Below are positions 1-8,681 of a stretch of DNA of 27,126 nt, in pieces. Made by a program: the position numbers and the translations under genes. The notes under the pieces are model-generated. The model was not told where the DNA came from. It worked only from the letters and a program-made list of their open reading frames with translations, and searched no databases. The DNA is from Pseudomonadota bacterium. GTDB taxonomy: Bacteria; Bdellovibrionota; FAC87; UBA2466. Location: positions 1 through 27,126 of the forward strand of contig JAYUGC010000126.1 in NCBI GenBank assembly GCA_043767805.1. The letters run 5' to 3'. Each line of letters opens with the position of its first letter. Position 1 is the stretch's first letter.

Positions 1-465
1 GTTTACCGTGTACCCTTTGCGCAGGAGATTCGATTTTCCCAGATTGGAAATGTAGGGAACCTGCGGATCGTTCTCGATACGGCTCGTGATGAACTTGCCA
101 TCTAAAGTATAAAAACGAACTTGAAGATTCGGGCGGTAATGGCTGGTCAGACGCCGCAGCTCTTCGGCGTCCCGCTCGCGCAGGGCGCGTGAGAGCTTAC
201 CTTGTGAGGCGTGGGACTGAATGTCGTCGACCAGTCCTTTTTCGAGGGAAATCAGCTCCGCGCCGAAAGCGTCGCGCTCGGTTTGCGCTTTGCGGGTCAG
301 CCCTTCCCGCGTGCTTTCCTCGAGAAGTTTAGTCGCGTAACCGCTGAGGAGCAGGGACGGAAGAATGGTGAGCGGAATAAAATAAATGGCGAGCGTCGTC
401 TTGAGCGAACGAGTGCCCGGGCGCAGCAGCAAAGTGGACTGGAGTTTTTTAAACAGGCGGCGCAT
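1..465 (-). CDS. N-terminal part (runs off the window) of a membrane-anchored protein, probably a sensor/signalling protein with a periplasmic domain
   Basis: Not in the ORF track. Manual translation from ATG at 465 is open to position 1: MRRLFKKLQSTLLLRPGTRSLKTTLAIYFIPLTILPSLLLSGYATKLLEESTREGL... The 'SLKTTL' plus hydrophobic helix then amphipathic helix pattern is typical of TM1 of histidine kinases and HAMP proteins. It starts 6 nt after the stop of the upstream gene. Confidence 0.65.
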   Translation of the reverse strand, partial: MRRLFKKLQSTLLLRPGTRSLKTTLAIYFIPLTILPSLLLSGYATKLLEESTREGLTRKAQTERDAFGAELISLEKGLVDDIQSHASQGKLSRALRERDAEELRRLTSHYRPNLQVRFYTLDGKFITSRIENDPQVPYISNLGKSNLLRKGYTVN

Positions 466-471
466 GAAATT

Positions 472-1020
472 TTAGAAGTACCAGTGCATGCCCATGCCGG
501 CGTACGTGCCGTTGGCGAAGTTCACTAAGCGAAACAGATAGTAAATCTCGGCAAAGACCGCGATCCCCATGGGATGCATGAACTGAACTCCCATGGCGGG
601 AGTCAGCATCACGACATCGAACCCGTGCCGGGGATCGACGTCGGGGCCCAGGAACTTATTGGTCAGGACCGATGGTCCGATGTCGGCCGCGCGCGTGCCG
701 TTACTCCACCAGCGGGCCACGCCGAGAGCGAGATAGGGGCTGACCCACTCGCCCAAAAGGAAGTAGCGGAGCTTCAGCATGGAAGTGTTGTATTGCAGCC
801 CGGTGCCCAATCCGCCCGAGAGACTGATGTCTTCAGCGAGATTGACGTCGAATTCGATGCCGAGCATCGCCAGGGGGCCGCCGCCGGACACCCCCACACC
901 GAAGCGCTTGCGCATTTTCAAGTCGCCGATGCTCACGTTGCTCACTACCGGTTTCTTGGGCAACGCGAACGCACCCGCACAGCTTACCAGGCAAAAGGCG
1001 ATGAGAAGACGCTTCGTCAT
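472..1020 (-). CDS. Outer-membrane beta-barrel protein (small, about 8-stranded type)
   Basis: Signal peptide (MTKRLLIAFCLVSCAGAFA), alternating Gly/aromatic strands and a C-terminal BAM-type signal YAGMGMHWYF. Confidence 0.75.
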   Translation of the reverse strand: MTKRLLIAFCLVSCAGAFALPKKPVVSNVSIGDLKMRKRFGVGVSGGGPLAMLGIEFDVNLAEDISLSGGLGTGLQYNTSMLKLRYFLLGEWVSPYLALGVARWWSNGTRAADIGPSVLTNKFLGPDVDPRHGFDVVMLTPAMGVQFMHPMGIAVFAEIYYLFRLVNFANGTYAGMGMHWYF

Positions 1021-1054
1021 ACTTCCCTCTTCGATTTAATTTTTTAAGGAAAAA

Positions 1055-1843
1055 TTAGAAAATGCGGGCGCGAACGCCCTCTTGCTGCAGGAATTTTTTC
1101 AAGGCTTCCTTGTCGACGTTGTGAAGGCGCGCCATCACGTCGACCAATTGGTCGAAGAACTCGCGGGACTTCTTGTCGGTCAAGGTATGCGTGAAACCCT
1201 TCATGTCCGCCGTGATGGCGACCATGTTATCAAGAAGCACGTAAAGCTTTTCACGATCCCGGTGCTTTAAGAACTTATTGGCGTCATTCATCAGGCCCTT
1301 GGCCTGGCCGAGAAACTCGGAAATAACGTCTTCGTTGGCTTCCAGGAACTCCTGAATCTTGCCGAACACGCCGTATCCCTGCGAGAGCAGCTGATCGATG
1401 CGCGGAGGATCCTCGCCGCGGATGCGGGCTTCTGGTTTCAGGGGAGAAGCGCTGCTCGTGCCGGGGCTGACCTCGACGTAGCGCTCGCCGATGATGCCCG
1501 CCATGTTGACGAAAAATTTCGAGTCTTCGCGCACGAGGGGAGCCGCGCGGTTGGCGACGGTGATGACCATCTCGAGGCTCACGCCTTCGATCTCTCCAGG
1601 AGCGAGGAAATGGATATTCTCGACCCTGCCCACTTTCACGCCGGAAACGCGCACGGGAGAGCCCACTTCGACTCCGCCCGCGAAACCGTAGAGGACACGG
1701 TAACGGACTTCGGAAGAAAACGGGCGCCACGCTCCCATCAGCCAGCCAAAGAGAACCATCAACCCGAGCGCGAGCAACGCGAGCAAGCCCACGGAAAACT
1801 CTCGGCTGAACTTCTTGCGGCGAATGGACTCTGCGGTCTGCAT
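1055..1843 (-). CDS. mlaD: MCE/MlaD family substrate-binding protein
   Basis: N-terminal TM (FSVGLLALLALGLMVLFGW), MCE motifs FAGGVEVGSPVRVSGVKVGRV and IIGERYVEVSPG, helical C-terminus. Start is ATG 1843 or TTG 1858. Confidence 0.9.
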   Translation of the reverse strand: MQTAESIRRKKFSREFSVGLLALLALGLMVLFGWLMGAWRPFSSEVRYRVLYGFAGGVEVGSPVRVSGVKVGRVENIHFLAPGEIEGVSLEMVITVANRAAPLVREDSKFFVNMAGIIGERYVEVSPGTSSASPLKPEARIRGEDPPRIDQLLSQGYGVFGKIQEFLEANEDVISEFLGQAKGLMNDANKFLKHRDREKLYVLLDNMVAITADMKGFTHTLTDKKSREFFDQLVDVMARLHNVDKEALKKFLQQEGVRARIF

Positions 1844-1938
1844 GGTGCTAGTGCGCAATCTCCGGAGTCGGATTTTGCCCTGGAGCTCGCTTAATTGGAT
1901 TTATGGAATTTTGGAAGGACTAGGAAAGGGTACTTTTA

Positions 1939-1944
1939 ATTATA
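1939..1944 (-). promoter_or_regulatory. Candidate sigma70 -10 box (TATAAT) upstream of mlaD
   Basis: Perfect TATAAT on the minus strand in an AT-rich patch about 95 nt upstream of mlaD. No clear -35. Confidence 0.4.
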
Positions 1945-2071
1945 CCTTGTCCTGCCCTCGTCCACGAGCCCCCTGGACAGGATGTGCCATCTACCGCGTC
2001 AAAAGTCACATCGATAAAGCACTTTCTCGCCTATAAGCCGTTAAAATTACAAAACCTCTCCCCGAACAGTA

Positions 2072-2208
2072 GACGCGGACATTTCCCTAAGGAATTCGCC
2101 TACCCCGATGCCAACATTTCCGCGTCACCACCAGCGTCGGAGGGCAAGAGCCCCCTTAAGCAAAGCCACAGCGAGAACCTCACGTCCCCACCCGTTCCCC
2201 GGGAAACG
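2072..2208. repeat. Dispersed non-coding repeat, copy A (related to 26941-27050), ending in near-palindrome CGTTCCCCGGGAAACG
   Basis: 2131-2151 CCAGCGTCGGAGGGCAAGAGC matches 26995-27015 at 19/21. Both copies are preceded by GTCACC and further up by GnCGCGGAC, and both are followed by CGTTCCCCGGG. Confidence 0.65.
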
Positions 2209-2211
2209 CCA

Positions 2212-3000
2212 CTACGAGTAAAGCCACCAAGTCAGAATGAAATCCGCGGCGATGATCAGCACCGATCCTTGAACGACCGCCCCCGTCGCGGCGTCCCCCA
2301 CTCCCGAGCTCCCCGGCTTACTCCGAAGACCGTGATGAATCGCGACCCACGGAAGAATCGATCCGAAAACGACCGCCTTCAGCGCGCAACCCAACAAATC
2401 CGACAAACGCGCGAAGACGAACATCGAGTTGAAAAATTCTTGTACGCCGTAGCCGAGACTTACCGAGGCGAGCGCCGCTCCACCGAGAATGGCCACACCG
2501 AGAGCCACCAAAGTGAGAGACAACGTCGCGAAAACCGATCCCAGCCACCGAGGAGGCACGAGAAACTCGACGGGATCGAGAGAGAGCAAACGAAGCGCGT
2601 CGATTTGCTCCGTCGCTTTTTGGGTCGCCAGCTCCGCGGCCATTCCGGCTCCGATGCGGCTCGTGAGTAGCAGCGCGGTCACCACGGGACCGAGCTCCCG
2701 CACCATTAGTAATGTCGAGAAAGCCGGGACAAGCGAATCCTGGCGAAGGACGAGCTTCATGTGAAAAGAGAACTCGGTGATGAGCATCAAGCTCAAAAAG
2801 AGTAGACCCACGGCAATCACGGGAAGACTTTGCACGCCACCCGCGTAAAGCTCGGTCACTAGCGGCTCCCACCGCAAACGAAAGGACACCAGCTGGCGGA
2901 ACGTAGCCCAAACCCCCTGCCATCCAAGGAACCAGAACGAGAAAAAAGAGCCGAAACTTCGTAAGATCCACCCGCCGAATGTGCCGACCATCGCCATCAT
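2212..3000 (-). CDS. mlaE: MlaE/YrbE family ABC permease (copy 2)
   Basis: GVQSLPVI, VRELGPVVTALLLTSRIGAGMAAELAT, EQIDALRLLSLDPVEFLVPPR, GVGDAATGAVV. ATG 3000 overlaps the upstream stop (ATGA). Confidence 0.92.
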   Translation of the reverse strand: MMAMVGTFGGWILRSFGSFFSFWFLGWQGVWATFRQLVSFRLRWEPLVTELYAGGVQSLPVIAVGLLFLSLMLITEFSFHMKLVLRQDSLVPAFSTLLMVRELGPVVTALLLTSRIGAGMAAELATQKATEQIDALRLLSLDPVEFLVPPRWLGSVFATLSLTLVALGVAILGGAALASVSLGYGVQEFFNSMFVFARLSDLLGCALKAVVFGSILPWVAIHHGLRSKPGSSGVGDAATGAVVQGSVLIIAADFILTWWLYS

Positions 3001-3755
3001 GCGCTCAACCACAGGGTAATTTTGGTCCAGATCCAGGAGATCGAATAATCCATGATGATGATGCTGATGAGTGTGGCCACCGCCGTCTTTTTCACCGCTT
3101 CGCCGACGCCCGCCGCTCCTCCGGTCGCCGTGTAACCGCGGTAGCAGGCGATGAGCCCGATGAGCCCACCGTAAATAAAGCTTTTCACCACACCCATCGC
3201 GACGCTGGACCAGCTCACGATTTGCGGAACGTTGGCCAGAAAATTCAGGTAGTTCACGCCGAGCAGGAAATGCGAGAGGGCGAGCGCTCCCCCGAGACTG
3301 ACCATGAGACCCACGACGAGCAGAAGAAAGCTCGAAAACACCACGGCCAGAAGCCGGGGCACGATGAGATAACGAATCGGATCCGCGCCGAGGCAGCGGA
3401 TGGCGTTTATCTGATCGGTGACCTGCATCGTACCCAGTTCCGCGGACGCATAGGCCCCGACTTTTCCGGACAAAATGAAAGCGATGAGCACCGGCCCGAC
3501 ATTACGGAGAGTCACCGAAGTCGTGAGCCCTCCCAGAAAGCTCTGCGCGCCAAAGTCTTTCAGCTGCAAATTGATTTGAATGGCCATGATGGCGCCGACG
3601 AAAAGCCCCGTGGCTACCGTCGTCGACAGCGAACGGACGCCCACCGTGTACATTTGCTCGAGAACCCCGTGAACGGAGATCCCCTTGCCCATCGCGCGCA
3701 CGGCCCGCGCTCCAAAAAGCAAACAGTCGCCGATGGAGGCAATCCCCTGTCTCAA
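2997..3755 (-). CDS. mlaE: MlaE/YrbE family ABC permease (copy 1)
   Basis: GVRSL, LRNVGPVLIAFILSGKVGAYASAELGTMQVTDQINAIRCLGADPIRYLIVPR, GGAAGVGEAVKKTAV. Confidence 0.92.
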   Translation of the reverse strand: MRQGIASIGDCLLFGARAVRAMGKGISVHGVLEQMYTVGVRSLSTTVATGLFVGAIMAIQINLQLKDFGAQSFLGGLTTSVTLRNVGPVLIAFILSGKVGAYASAELGTMQVTDQINAIRCLGADPIRYLIVPRLLAVVFSSFLLLVVGLMVSLGGALALSHFLLGVNYLNFLANVPQIVSWSSVAMGVVKSFIYGGLIGLIACYRGYTATGGAAGVGEAVKKTAVATLISIIIMDYSISWIWTKITLWLSA

Positions 3756-4498
3756 GCCGAACCTCCTTCTCCGGAAGCTTTCATGAACTCGCGGGCGAGC
3801 GGGAGCGCCGAGGCCCTGAGCTCGGCGGCGGTTCCTTCGAAACGGACTTTGCCGGAGTCGAGCATCACGATGTGATCGGCTATCGCCAAAGCGCCCGGAA
3901 TATCGTGCGAGACCACCAAAGCGCCGGCCGAAATCTGACGCGTGAGATCGACGATGAGCCGGTTGATGGCGCCCGTGACCACCGGATCCATGCCGGTGGT
4001 CGGCTCATCGAAAAGCAGGTACTTCGGGCGTACGACGATGGCGCGTGCGAGACTCACCCGCTTTTGCGTGCCGAAGCTGAGCTCCGGCGGAAAGCGGTAA
4101 AAAACTTCTTCGCCGAGATGCACCGAGGCCAAAGCTTCTTTTACCTCGGCCTTTACCCCCGCTTCCGGCGTATCGGGGCGGTGAATGCGAATGCCGAAAG
4201 CCACGTTCTCGTAGATCGAGAGCGAATCGAGCAAAGCGGGGAGCTGAAACACCATGCCGCAAGTGCGGCGGATCTCGTGGAAGCTCGTCTCCGAAAGATC
4301 CGAAAGGCTCTTACCCTCGACTTTGACCTCGCCGGCGTCAGGCCGCAGCAGACCCACGACCTGCTTGAGCAGGACGGACTTTCCGGTCCCCGACTTTCCC
4401 AAGACGACGGTGATCTTTCCAGGCCGCACGGAAAACGTCACGCCCTCGAGCACGCGCTTCGCGCCGAAACTCTTTTCGACGCCGATAAACTCAATCAC
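3752..4498 (-). CDS. mlaF: MlaF/Mkl family ABC ATPase with degenerate signature motif (LSFGT)
   Basis: Walker A GKSGTGKS, Q-loop GMVFQ, Walker B LLFDEPTTGMDP, H-loop VSHD. The signature reads LSFGTQKR. Confidence 0.9.
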   Translation of the reverse strand: MIEFIGVEKSFGAKRVLEGVTFSVRPGKITVVLGKSGTGKSVLLKQVVGLLRPDAGEVKVEGKSLSDLSETSFHEIRRTCGMVFQLPALLDSLSIYENVAFGIRIHRPDTPEAGVKAEVKEALASVHLGEEVFYRFPPELSFGTQKRVSLARAIVVRPKYLLFDEPTTGMDPVVTGAINRLIVDLTRQISAGALVVSHDIPGALAIADHIVMLDSGKVRFEGTAAELRASALPLAREFMKASGEGGSA

Positions 4499-5250
4499 AG
4501 TCTGCCCTCCGTCAGAGGGCCGTCCGGGCTTCCGGAAAGAAACTGGCGAAGCACCGGGTTTTCCGAAGCTTTGAGTCGATTGGGCGTGCCCACTTCGATC
4601 AGCCGGCCGCGGAACAAAAACCCAACGCGATCCGCCAAGCGGAACGCCTGAACCGGATCGGTCGTCGCGATAACCGCGCTCATGCCGTACTTATCACGCG
4701 CCTTTAGAATCAAATCGTAAATCTGCACCGACGTCAGCGGATCGAGACCGGAGGTGGGCTCGTCGTACAAAATGATCTTCGGGCTCAAGGACAAAGCCCG
4801 CGCGATCCCGAGCCGCTTCTGCATCCCTCCGCTCATTTCCGAAGGACGTAAATTCTCCTGCCCGGCGAGGCCCACGTCGGAAAGCGCTTCCCGCACTCTC
4901 GCTTCCCTCTCCTCACCTTTTAGCTTCAGTAGCTCCGAGAGCGGAAAGCGGAGATTGTCACCACACGAAAGCGAGTCAAACAGGCCGTTACGCTGAAACG
5001 CGAAGCCGACGTCCCGATGGAAAGCGCGTTTCTCCTCGCGCGAAAAAGACTCAATATCGCGCCCGCCATACGTCACTCGTCCCTCGGACGGAGTGAGTAA
5101 GCTCACCAAAAGCTTCAAAAAGACGCTTTTGCCCTCCCCGCCAGGCCCCAGCAGGCAAAAGATCTCGTTCGGCTCGAGAGCCCAATCGACGCCCTCGAAC
5201 AACACGGGTCCTTCTGAAAAGGCGAAGGATAGTTGTTCCGCGGCGAGCAC
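4495..5250 (-). CDS. mlaF: MlaF/Mkl family ABC ATPase lacking the H-switch histidine
   Basis: Walker A GPGGEGKS, signature MSGGMQKR, Walker B ILYDEPTSGLDP. The H-loop position reads ATTDP. MlaF-like C-terminus NPVLRQFLSGSPDGP. Confidence 0.9.
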   Translation of the reverse strand: MLAAEQLSFAFSEGPVLFEGVDWALEPNEIFCLLGPGGEGKSVFLKLLVSLLTPSEGRVTYGGRDIESFSREEKRAFHRDVGFAFQRNGLFDSLSCGDNLRFPLSELLKLKGEEREARVREALSDVGLAGQENLRPSEMSGGMQKRLGIARALSLSPKIILYDEPTSGLDPLTSVQIYDLILKARDKYGMSAVIATTDPVQAFRLADRVGFLFRGRLIEVGTPNRLKASENPVLRQFLSGSPDGPLTEGRL

Positions 5251-5256
5251 CGGACC

Positions 5257-6774
5257 TCACATCGGAAGAATGCCCGGCCGATTAGCGACCGGCACTTCCG
5301 TCTGCCGATAGTACCGCAATCGGAGGGCCAGCTCCCGGCGCAGCTCAGCGAAGTCGATGACGTGATCGACGATGAGCTCGCCCGCCTGGCGGAGCAAGTC
5401 GATGTCTTGCTCGTACTCCGCGATCTTTTCCGCCACGAAGGCCTTCTTCTTCTCGGGATCCATTTCGGCCATCTTGTTGAAGTAGACCGCATTCACCGCG
5501 GGCTCCGGACCCATCACCGCCATCTGAGCCGAGGGTAGCGCCAGCGTGCAGTCGGGCGAGAACGCGGGGCCCGACATGGCGTAGAGTCCCGCGCCATACG
5601 CCTTGCGCATGAGAATGGATATTTTCGTCACCCGCGCGGTGGACATCGCGTAGATGAGCTTCGCTCCCGCGCGGATCATGCCCTCGCGCTCGACTTTCGA
5701 GCCGATCATGTAACCCGGCACGTCGCAGAAAAAGAGGAGCGGAATATGATAAGCCCCGCAGAGCTGAATGAAGCGAGCCGCCTTGTCGGAGGAATCGACG
5801 AAGAGCACGCCGCCTTTCACCAACGGCTGATTGGCGATGACCGCGACCGGCATGCCGTCGATGCGGCCGAACCCGGTGACGACCTCTTTCGCGTACAACG
5901 CCTTGATTTCTAAAAAGCTACCCGCATCGAGCACCGTTTTGAGCGCTTCCTTCATGTCGTAAGCGCGGTTCATTTGTGTCGGGATGATGCCTTTCAAATC
6001 CTCGGCGGGACGCTCGGAAGCTTTCGCTTCGGTCTCGGGCGGAAACTGCTTCCAGCTCTGAGGCAGGTAAGAGAGGTAACGCTTCGCCAAGGCAATGGCC
6101 TCGTCTTCCGAGGAGACGAGGAAATCGCCGCAGCCGCTCACCGAGCAATGCATACGGGCACCGCCCATCTCTTCGAGCGAAACTTTTTCGCCGATGACCA
6201 TTTCCGCCATGCGCGGCGAGCCCAGATACATGCTCGCGTTGCCCTCGACCATGATCAAAACGTCGCAAAACGCGGGGATGTAAGCCCCGCCCGCGGCGCT
6301 CGGCCCGAAAAGCAGGCAAATTTGAGGAATCCGCCCGGATAGGTTCGCTTCGTTGAAAAAGATGCGGCCCGCGCCCCGGCGGCCGGGAAACATCTCGACC
6401 TGATCCGTAATACGAGCTCCCGCGCTGTCGACGAGATAGAAGAGCGGAATCAAAAGCCGTTCCGCCGTCTCCTGAATACGAACGATCTTTTCTACGGTGC
6501 GCGCGCCCCACGAGCCGGCTTTCACGGTGGAGTCGTTCGCCATGATGGCGACCGCTCTGCCGCCGATGCGGCCCATCCCGGTGACCACGCCGTCCGCGGG
6601 AAGCCCTTCGACTTTACAGTTGGCAAAAAGTCCGTCCTCGACGAAGGAACCCTCGTCGATGAGCCGATTGATGCGCTCACGCGCGAACAGCTTCCCGACT
6701 TCGGTGTTCTTTTCGTGGTACTTCGCGTCCCCACCCTTGCGCAGACGAGCCGTAATTTGGACGATGTCTTCCAT
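5257..6774 (-). CDS. Acyl-CoA carboxylase carboxyltransferase subunit (methylcrotonyl-CoA carboxylase beta / YngE-like)
   Basis: ARERINRLID, PADGVVTG, ANDSTVKAGSWG, DSAGARI, SAAGGAYIPAF, DVPGYMIGSKVE, RKAYGAG, AVMGPEPAV. Confidence 0.92.
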   Translation of the reverse strand: MEDIVQITARLRKGGDAKYHEKNTEVGKLFARERINRLIDEGSFVEDGLFANCKVEGLPADGVVTGMGRIGGRAVAIMANDSTVKAGSWGARTVEKIVRIQETAERLLIPLFYLVDSAGARITDQVEMFPGRRGAGRIFFNEANLSGRIPQICLLFGPSAAGGAYIPAFCDVLIMVEGNASMYLGSPRMAEMVIGEKVSLEEMGGARMHCSVSGCGDFLVSSEDEAIALAKRYLSYLPQSWKQFPPETEAKASERPAEDLKGIIPTQMNRAYDMKEALKTVLDAGSFLEIKALYAKEVVTGFGRIDGMPVAVIANQPLVKGGVLFVDSSDKAARFIQLCGAYHIPLLFFCDVPGYMIGSKVEREGMIRAGAKLIYAMSTARVTKISILMRKAYGAGLYAMSGPAFSPDCTLALPSAQMAVMGPEPAVNAVYFNKMAEMDPEKKKAFVAEKIAEYEQDIDLLRQAGELIVDHVIDFAELRRELALRLRYYRQTEVPVANRPGILPM

Positions 6775-6779
6775 GCCGC

Positions 6780-7562
6780 TTACTCCCCGAGATAGACCGG
6801 TTTACGTTTCTCGACGAAAGCCTTGAGGCCTTCCAACCGATCTTTGGATTGCAGACAAAGCTTGTAAGCATCGGTCTCGAGCGTAAGTCCCTGCTCGAGT
6901 GACCGATCCATGCCAGAGCGAATGGCGTACTTCGCTTGGCGAAGCGCCACGGGCCCCGAGAGCAAAAGCTTATCCGTCCAGCGCCGCGCTTCATTGAGAG
7001 CTTCGTTAGCGGGAACCACCTGATGCACGAGGCCGATGTCTACCGCTTCGGCGGGGCTCAAACGACGACCCATCATCACAAGCTCGAGCGCCTTCGCCAT
7101 GCCGACCGTACGAGGCAAGCGCTGAGTGCCGCCGTTGCCGGGGATGATCGCCAAATCCACCTCGGGAAAACCGAGTTGAGAGGCCGCGCCGACGATGCGA
7201 AAATCACAGGCGAGCGCGAGCTCGAGGCCCCCGCCCAGACAGATTCCGTCGATGGCGGCGATGATGGGAAGTCCGAGCCGTTCCATGCGCTGGTAGAGCC
7301 CTCGCACGAAGGCAAAGCGCGCGAGCACGTCCTTCTCTCCCATGCCTTGGCGCTCTTTCAAGTCGGCGCCGACGCAAAAACTTTTTTCGCCCGAGCCGGA
7401 AAGAATCAAGACCCGCGCGGTTTTATCCGTTTCGAGCCGCGCCAAGAGGGCGTCGAGCTCGTCGAAGCTTTCCTTGTTGAGCGCGTTCAATTTATCGGGC
7501 CGATTGAGGGCCGCGAAGACCAGGCCTTCTTCTCGACGGACCAGAAGACTATTGAGCTTCAT
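6780..7562 (-). CDS. Enoyl-CoA hydratase/isomerase (methylglutaconyl-CoA hydratase-like)
   Basis: LNRPDKLNAL, FCVGADLKE, GGGLELALACD, PEVDLAIIPGNGGTQRLPR, AFVEKRKP. Lies between HMG-CoA lyase and the carboxyltransferase. Confidence 0.92.
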   Translation of the reverse strand: MKLNSLLVRREEGLVFAALNRPDKLNALNKESFDELDALLARLETDKTARVLILSGSGEKSFCVGADLKERQGMGEKDVLARFAFVRGLYQRMERLGLPIIAAIDGICLGGGLELALACDFRIVGAASQLGFPEVDLAIIPGNGGTQRLPRTVGMAKALELVMMGRRLSPAEAVDIGLVHQVVPANEALNEARRWTDKLLLSGPVALRQAKYAIRSGMDRSLEQGLTLETDAYKLCLQSKDRLEGLKAFVEKRKPVYLGE

Positions 7563-8457
7563 ATAAACTGCCCCTTTTTTTGAAAATGTCGGCGATGGAG
7601 CTCGAAACCTGCAGCCCTTCTCGCGCCAGAAATTCAGTTAGTTCCCGAATGGCGTTCGTCTGAAATTTAGGGAGTGCGCCTTCCCGAAAAAATCCGTAAG
7701 CGAGCTTCTCGGTGGCGACGTTCCCTGTCGCTCCCTTGGCGTACGGACATCCTCCGATTCCACCCGACGATCCGTCAAACGATCGCACGCCGAGCCGATA
7801 GGCCGTCAGAGCGCCCGCGAGTGCGAGCCCGTAAGTGTCGTGCAGATGAAGCGCCGTGCGGCTCACCGGATAGGTTTTCGCAAAGCGGCTGAGCACCTGC
7901 TCCACCTGGGAAGGCACGGCCACGCCGATGGTGTCCGAAAGCGCGATCTCATCCGGTCCGAGCTTTGCCGCCTCGGCTAGCACTCGGTCCAGCTGTATGT
8001 CGGCGATGGCTTTCTCGTAAGGGCAGCCAAAAACGGTGGACACGTAAAGCCGTGTCTTCTTGCCTTCCGCTTTCGCCGCGGCGATGACTTTACCCGCTTC
8101 CGCGAGCGTTTCCGCGATGCCTTGATTCACGTTCTTACGGTTGAAAGTCTCGGAGGCGGCGACGAAGAGGCTCACCCACTGAATCGGAAAGTTGAGCAGT
8201 CGCTCGAGCCCCTTCACGTTCGGCACGAAAGCCATCAGCTCGGGAAAACCAGCCGTCGGCGACGCAAATAAGCTCGCGCAAAACTCGTCGGCCTGCTGAA
8301 ACTGAGGAACCCATTTCGGATTGGCGAAACTCGTGATTTCCAAGCGGCTGTACCCGCAGGGCACGAGGAGGCGCAGCAGTTCCGCTTTTTTGGAATTGGG
8401 GAGAAAGGCCTCCATTTGCAGGCCATCTCGCAATGTAACGTCGGTAAGACGAACCAT
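7549..8457 (-). CDS. hmgL: Hydroxymethylglutaryl-CoA lyase
   Basis: DVTLRDGLQ, FGCPYE, LSDTIGVA, HLHDTYG, GGCPYAKGATGNVATE. Confidence 0.93.
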   Translation of the reverse strand: MVRLTDVTLRDGLQMEAFLPNSKKAELLRLLVPCGYSRLEITSFANPKWVPQFQQADEFCASLFASPTAGFPELMAFVPNVKGLERLLNFPIQWVSLFVAASETFNRKNVNQGIAETLAEAGKVIAAAKAEGKKTRLYVSTVFGCPYEKAIADIQLDRVLAEAAKLGPDEIALSDTIGVAVPSQVEQVLSRFAKTYPVSRTALHLHDTYGLALAGALTAYRLGVRSFDGSSGGIGGCPYAKGATGNVATEKLAYGFFREGALPKFQTNAIRELTEFLAREGLQVSSSIADIFKKRGSLYEAQ

Positions 8458-8669
8458 CAGCTCAGCTCGAGGACGACGTCCCCTTCGTTGACGAAATCGC
8501 CGACCGCCCGCTTGACCGCGGAGACCTTGCCGGCCGCGGTGCTCTGGAGCGGGACTTCCATTTTCATGGACTCGATGACCGCCACTTGCTGGCCGGAGGC
8601 GACCGAGTCACCCACCGCCACGTTCACTTCCACGATCGTTCCCGCCATTTCGCTCTTGATTGCTTTCAC
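8457..8669 (-). CDS. Stand-alone biotin carboxyl carrier protein
   Basis: 70 aa with biotinylation motif ESMKM and GDFVNEGDVVL. SD AAGGAG lies upstream of the GTG. Confidence 0.92.
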   Translation of the reverse strand: MKAIKSEMAGTIVEVNVAVGDSVASGQQVAVIESMKMEVPLQSTAAGKVSAVKRAVGDFVNEGDVVLELS

Positions 8670-8681
8670 TTAAGGAGTCCT

